DNA of 12,229 nucleotides from a virus (Duplodnaviria; Heunggongvirae; Uroviricota; Caudoviricetes): IMG/VR virus record IMGVR_UViG_2609459834_000004; one strand, 5' to 3'. Shown piece by piece: positions 8,480 to 12,229 of this stretch (position 1 is its first letter; each line of letters starts with the position of its first letter). The notes under the pieces were generated by a model. It saw only the letters and a program-made list of their open reading frames with translations, ran no database searches and was not told where the DNA came from. The position numbers and the translations under genes were made by a program.

Positions 8480-8941
8480 CTATCTGCACTGCTCATTAAT
8501 ATACTTCTGGGTTCCTTCCAGTTGTTTTTGCATAGTGATCAGCCTCTCTCTGAGGGTGAAATAATCCCGTTCAGCGGTGTCTGCCAGTCGGGGGGAGGCT
8601 GCATTATCCACGCCGGAGGCGGTGGTGGCTTCACGCACTGACTGACAGACTGCTTTGATGTGCAACCGACGACGACCAGCGGCAACATCATCACGCAGAG
8701 CATCATTTTCAGCTTTCGCATCAGCTAACTCCTTCGTGTATTTTGCATCGAGCGCAGCAACATCACGCTGACGCATCTGCATGTCAGTAATTGCCGCGTT
8801 CGCCAGCTTCAGTTCTCTGGCATTTTTGTCGCGCTGGGCTTTGTAGGTAATGGCGTTATCACGGTAATGATTAACAGCCCATGACAGGCCGACGATGATG
8901 CAGATAACCAGAGCGGAGATAATCGCGGTTACTCTGTTCAT
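8480..8941 (-). CDS. Rz: Rz i-spanin (inner-membrane spanin)
   Basis: N-terminal TM segment ([20 protein letters not shown]) followed by a coiled-coil periplasmic domain. ATG at 8941 overlaps the R stop (ATGA), giving 153 aa; the ORF-track start at 8953 is GTG. Confidence 0.85.
   Translation of the reverse strand: MNRVTAIISALVICIIVGLSWAVNHYRDNAITYKAQRDKNARELKLANAAITDMQMRQRDVAALDAKYTKELADAKAENDALRDDVAAGRRRLHIKAVCQSVREATTASGVDNAASPRLADTAERDYFTLRERLITMQKQLEGTQKYINEQCR
8539..8721 (-). CDS. Rz1: Rz1 o-spanin (outer-membrane lipoprotein), embedded in Rz in the +1 frame
   Basis: 60-aa ORF wholly inside Rz in another frame; lipobox (VVVGC) and proline-rich tract ([15 protein letters not shown]), the hallmark of lambda-type Rz1. 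Confidence 0.8.
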   Translation of the reverse strand: MRKLKMMLCVMMLPLVVVGCTSKQSVSQCVKPPPPPAWIMQPPPDWQTPLNGIISPSERG

Positions 8942-9435
8942 TGCTGACCCCACAAACAGATTTCACGCTCAATCTCACGACGAGTCATGAGACCTTTCCA
9001 TTGCTTACCGCCAGCATATGTCCAGCGACGTAGCTGATCACATGCGCCTTTGATATCGCCTTGGTTTATTTTGCGAAGAAGCGTCGATGTTCTGAAATTG
9101 CCAGCACCCACGTTGTAAACGAATGAGTAAAGAGCGCCGCGCATTGTTTCCGGTATATCGACTTTGATGTACGGGTTAATTTGTCTGGCGACCGTGGCAA
9201 GGTCTTTATTCAGGAGGGCTTTGCATTCTGCTTTGGTATACGTTTTACCGAGCATGATGTCTTTTCCTGTATGCCCGTGACATACAGTCCATACACCAAC
9301 AATATCTTTGTATGGTATGTAGCTGACACCTTCCAGACCATCGTTACCACTTGGGCCAGTAATTAACACTGATGCTATAGCAATTGCTCCGCCACCAATA
9401 GCAGCAGCAACGGCTTTTCGTAATGATGGAGGCAT
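8938..9435 (-). CDS. R: SAR endolysin (T4-lysozyme-like muramidase, phage 21 R-type)
   Basis: 165 aa with an N-terminal Gly/Ala-rich weakly hydrophobic signal-anchor-release segment ([20 protein letters not shown]) and catalytic-region motif [16 protein letters not shown]; near-identical to phage 21 R / DLP12 RrrD as recalled. Start overlaps the S stop (TAATG). Confidence 0.9.
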   Translation of the reverse strand: MPPSLRKAVAAAIGGGAIAIASVLITGPSGNDGLEGVSYIPYKDIVGVWTVCHGHTGKDIMLGKTYTKAECKALLNKDLATVARQINPYIKVDIPETMRGALYSFVYNVGAGNFRTSTLLRKINQGDIKGACDQLRRWTYAGGKQWKGLMTRREIEREICLWGQQ

Positions 9436-9650
9436 TATTCACCTCTCGCAGCCTTGCGCTTATCTTCTTTAATCTTGAAATAAAGGTTTGTCAGGTACGT
9501 CAGCAGGCCAAATACCAGGCTACCCAGCACACCTATTGCTGCCCACTGTGAGGGCGTGACTTTATCGAGCAGCTGTAAAAACCAGTAACCGGCACTACCT
9601 GCTGAGGTGCCATAGGCGACACCCGTTGTTAACTTATCCATGGATTTCAT
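9435..9650 (-). CDS. S: Pinholin (phage 21 S-type), dual-start motif
   Basis: 71-aa two-TM product [26 protein letters not shown]...; Met1 and Met4 give the antiholin/holin dual start known for S21; matches DLP12 EssD / S21 from memory. Confidence 0.9.
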
Positions 9651-9759
9651 AACCCCACCTCGCAGACAAAGCGGGTGTAAATTGAGGGAATACTACGAAA
9701 CGTAACAGACTCGGAGTCAGTGAATAACTCAGGTATTGGGTTATCAGCTAATATCGAGA

Positions 9760-9795
9760 CTCAAAAAATGGAAAAACCCGCTCGACGGCGGGTTT
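9760..9795 (-). terminator. Rho-independent terminator on the minus strand, upstream of S
   Basis: Stem AAACCCGC / GCGGGTTT (plus 9774-9781 and 9788-9795, 6-nt loop). Read on the minus strand it is followed by TTTTTCCATTTTTT. On the plus strand it is preceded by A's, so it is directional. Confidence 0.5.
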
Positions 9796-10222
9796 AAGCT
9801 GTGTGACGAAGTAACCACTCTTAACAGCATAACCAATTTTTTACGTACGTAAACCACTAAATGATATTTGCGAGAATGCTACCGAGTATTGAAAACACCA
9901 CTACAAATACATAAGCAAATCCCAACAAATAACCAACAAATAATTTCCAGTGTTATTTTTAGCCGGTTTAAATTGAACCTTCAAATTATAGAGCACTTAT
10001 AAATAACAGCCGTTAATATAAATTGGCTAATAGATTTATTTTTATTCAGCAAAGAGCCATGAATAGGATTCGATAGAAAAAAGTTCAGATAAAAATAGAG
10101 ATCTACTTCACAAATCAAACGAGAAACCAAAACTTACATCTTGAAATAATCACATTGATTAGATGAATATTTATCGCGCAGTGACATCATTTTTTAATAA
10201 TAGTTCAAAAAAAGGGCTCACG

Positions 10223-11320
10223 ATGAAAAAATTAACAGTGGCAATTTCTGCTGTAGCTGCATCAGTACTGATGGCGATGTCTGCTCAGGCAGCTGAAATT
10301 TATAATAAAGACAGTAACAAGCTGGATCTGTACGGGAAAGTTAATGCTAAGCACTACTTCTCCTCTAATGATGCAGATGATGGTGATACTACTTATGCCC
10401 GTCTTGGCTTCAAAGGTGAAACCCAAATCAACGATCAACTGACTGGTTTCGGTCAGTGGGAATATGAATTCAAAGGCAACCGCGCTGAATCTCAAGGTTC
10501 CTCCAAAGATAAAACCCGTCTTGCCTTCGCTGGCCTGAAATTCGGTGACTACGGCTCCATCGATTACGGCCGTAACTACGGTGTAGCATACGACATCGGT
10601 GCGTGGACTGACGTCCTGCCAGAATTCGGTGGTGACACTTGGACTCAAACCGACGTGTTCATGACTCAACGTGCAACTGGTGTTGCAACCTATCGTAACA
10701 ACGACTTCTTTGGTCTGGTTGATGGTCTGAACTTTGCTGCTCAGTACCAAGGCAAAAACGATCGTAGCGATTTCGATAACTACACTGAAGGTAACGGTGA
10801 TGGCTTCGGTTTCTCTGCTACCTATGAATACGAAGGATTCGGTATCGGTGCAACTTATGCGAAATCTGATCGTACCGACACTCAAGTTAATGCAGGGAAA
10901 GTTCTTCCTGAAGTATTTGCTTCCGGTAAAAATGCAGAAGTTTGGGCCGCAGGTCTGAAATATGACGCTAACAACATTTACCTGGCCACTACCTATTCTG
11001 AAACCCAGAATATGACTGTATTTGCTGATCACTTCGTTGCTAATAAAGCCCAAAACTTCGAAGCTGTTGCACAATATCAGTTCGATTTCGGTCTGCGTCC
11101 GTCCGTTGCTTACCTGCAATCTAAAGGTAAGGATCTTGGAGTATGGGGCGATCAGGACTTAGTCAAATATGTTGATGTAGGTGCAACCTATTACTTCAAC
11201 AAAAATATGTCTACTTTCGTTGATTACAAAATCAACCTGCTTGACAAAAATGACTTCACTAAAGCACTCGGTGTAAGCACTGATGACATCGTTGCTGTAG
11301 GTCTGGTTTACCAGTTCTAA
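10223..11320 (+). CDS. nmpC: Outer-membrane general porin (NmpC / phage Lc type, OmpC family), intact
   Basis: Signal peptide [23 protein letters not shown], then mature [16 protein letters not shown]..., internal PEFGG motif and C-terminal ...VGLVYQF, all hallmarks of enterobacterial 16-strand porins. The ORF-track start at 10163 is an upstream extension; ATG at 10223 has an AAGGG RBS. Located between Q and S on the opposite strand, as nmpC is in DLP12. Confidence 0.92.
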   Translation: MKKLTVAISAVAASVLMAMSAQAAEIYNKDSNKLDLYGKVNAKHYFSSNDADDGDTTYARLGFKGETQINDQLTGFGQWEYEFKGNRAESQGSSKDKTRLAFAGLKFGDYGSIDYGRNYGVAYDIGAWTDVLPEFGGDTWTQTDVFMTQRATGVATYRNNDFFGLVDGLNFAAQYQGKNDRSDFDNYTEGNGDGFGFSATYEYEGFGIGATYAKSDRTDTQVNAGKVLPEVFASGKNAEVWAAGLKYDANNIYLATTYSETQNMTVFADHFVANKAQNFEAVAQYQFDFGLRPSVAYLQSKGKDLGVWGDQDLVKYVDVGATYYFNKNMSTFVDYKINLLDKNDFTKALGVSTDDIVAVGLVYQF

Positions 11321-11340
11321 TCTGATTACGAAAAAGATAT

Positions 11341-11380
11341 GTTGCGGGAGGCGTTGCCTCCCCAACATATAAGTGGCTCC
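11341..11380 (-). terminator. Long near-perfect palindrome with T-run on the minus strand: candidate tR'-like late-leader terminator
   Basis: Plus 11347-11380 ATATGTTGCGGGAGGCGTTGCCTCCCCAACATAT is an extended hairpin; on the minus strand it is followed by CTTTTT. It lies ~130-170 nt downstream of the Q stop, the spacing of pR'-tR' in lambdoid phages, and 20 nt past the porin stop. Confidence 0.45.
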
Positions 11381-11458
11381 CTCAAGCCACTTCCTTTAGA
11401 AGCACAACCTTGCTTCTAACTATATAAACCTTCTGTTATATATTACCCTTTATTTTTG

Positions 11459-11482
11459 GGGGCGTCTCAACGCCCCATTTTT
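11459..11482 (+). terminator. Rho-independent terminator on the plus strand (porin transcript)
   Basis: GC stem GGGGCGT / ACGCCCC with loop CTCA, followed by ATTTTTAATAACTTTT on the plus strand. On the minus strand it is followed by A-rich sequence, so it is directional. Confidence 0.55.
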
Positions 11483-11509
11483 AATAACTTTTAGTAAATA
11501 ATTGGCATA

Positions 11510-11893
11510 TTAATTAGAGTTATTAACAACGATATCCATCTCTAACCGGATATCTAATGCCATTAACATCCCTTCAATTATGCCCTCAGCCTTCTGTAAC
11601 CTTTTCCCGATATAACCATCAGAGCAGCAATGCTTACCTGCCAGTGACATGAATGTCATACCGACTACATAATAATCTACTAATAAATCGTGCAAATCGC
11701 TGTTGTTCTTTTTCAGACGGGCCATGCACCCGCAAATAATCATCGCGTCATCGTCACAACATTGCGGGCGAGATTTTACTTTTGAAGTAATTAATCCCTT
11801 AAAACCGGCGGCAATGGACGACCAGGTCACATCTTCATGATTATTAGCCGCCCACGCTCCCCAACGCTCAAGAACCATCTGAATATCACGCAT
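11510..11893 (-). CDS. quuD: Late-gene antiterminator Q (QuuD-like)
   Basis: 127 aa from the ATG at 11893 ([24 protein letters not shown]...), with GGAG 7-8 nt upstream; the ORF-track start at 11908 is TTG. Cysteine-rich ([19 protein letters not shown]). Matches DLP12 QuuD as recalled; sits immediately upstream of the porin-lysis region. Confidence 0.85.
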   Translation of the reverse strand: MRDIQMVLERWGAWAANNHEDVTWSSIAAGFKGLITSKVKSRPQCCDDDAMIICGCMARLKKNNSDLHDLLVDYYVVGMTFMSLAGKHCCSDGYIGKRLQKAEGIIEGMLMALDIRLEMDIVVNNSN

Positions 11894-12067
11894 CAACTTA
11901 CTCCACAAAAATCAGACCAGAACGCCAATTACAAGCAAAAATCAACAAAACAGTATTAGTTGATTGTTATCTCTGACTTCATACTCCTGCTCCTGTCAGG
12001 GTTTTGGCGTAATTCTTCAGTATTCGGTAATCGGTCAAAACAGAACCGGGGAAACGATATAAGCGCA

Positions 12068-12229
12068 GGTAATGACTCCAACTTATTGATAGTGTTTTAT
12101 GTTCAGATAATGCCCGATGACTTTGTCATGCAGCTCCACCGATTTTGAGAACGACAGCGACTTCCGTCCCAGCCGTGCCAGGTGCTGCCTCAGATTCAGG
12201 TTATGCCGCTCAATTCGCTGCGTATATCG
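12068..12229 (-). mobile_element. IS1 insertion sequence, right end (terminal inverted repeat GGTAATGACTCCAACTTATTGAT...), continuing beyond the window
   Basis: From 12068 the sequence is the reverse complement of the canonical IS1 right end (...CACTATCAATAAGTTGGAGTCATTACC), recognised from memory. The element is oriented on the minus strand and only ~162 bp is in the window. Confidence 0.85.
12084..12229 (-). CDS. insB: IS1 transposase InsB, C-terminal fragment (partial at window edge)
   Basis: Minus-strand reading gives ...[48 protein letters not shown], stop TAA at 12086-12084 inside the IS1 terminal repeat. Confidence 0.7.

Noticed and set aside
8134-8641. Minus ORF 8134..8367 and plus ORF 8429..8641
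   Set aside because: Antisense to bor and to Rz/Rz1 respectively; shadow ORFs.
9181-9366. Plus ORF 9181..9366
   Set aside because: Antisense to the endolysin gene.
10163-10222. N-terminal extension of the porin ORF from 10163 ([20 protein letters not shown])
   Set aside because: The ATG at 10223 begins a textbook signal peptide and has its own RBS; the extension would bury the signal peptide internally.
9651-10222. Possible tRNA genes in the Q-to-S interval (as in Stx-type lambdoid phages)
   Set aside because: Reading the sequence I found no cloverleaf-compatible segment (no GTTC-type T-arm with matching acceptor stem); the interval is AT-rich promoter-like DNA. A tRNAscan-type search would be needed to confirm.
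10262-11368. Minus ORFs 10262..11119 (285 aa), 11159..11368 and plus ORF 10734..10958
   Set aside because: Antisense or out of frame within the porin gene, whose periodic codon structure supports long shadow frames; the porin identity is unambiguous.
11960-12148. Plus ORF 11960..12148 (62 aa)
   Set aside because: It spans the junction between prophage DNA and the IS1 terminal repeat and is antisense to the insB 3' end; it is an artefact of the insertion.
1-12229. CRISPR arrays or other tandem direct repeats
   Set aside because: No regularly spaced direct repeats were seen; the only repetitive structures are short palindromes/hairpins, reported individually.

Overview
This window reads as the late region of a lambdoid (phage 21 / DLP12-like) prophage of Escherichia coli or a close enteric relative, almost all encoded on the minus strand. 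Running from high to low coordinates: the right end of an IS1 copy (12068 to window end), late antiterminator Q (quuD-like), an intact plus-strand porin moron (NmpC/Lc-type), a phage-21-type lysis cassette (pinholin S, SAR endolysin R, Rz with embedded Rz1), the plus-strand Bor lipoprotein moron, a ~520 bp non-coding region, an HNH endonuclease, a candidate cos region, small and large terminase, portal, prohead protease, HK97-fold major capsid protein and three head-tail joining genes, ending in a truncated tail-completion gene. Identifications rest on reading the translated ORFs and on recalled protein families; no database search was run. I do not see a clearly novel multi-gene system. The points most worth follow-up are the IS1 insertion upstream of Q, the convergent porin/late-transcript terminator arrangement, a 53-aa hydrophobic ORF between terminase and portal, a 40-aa ORF with a strong Shine-Dalgarno in the non-coding region, and a GAGAC/GTCTC palindrome cluster. 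Several ORF-track starts are GTG/TTG codons; I moved those to internal ATGs with a Shine-Dalgarno.
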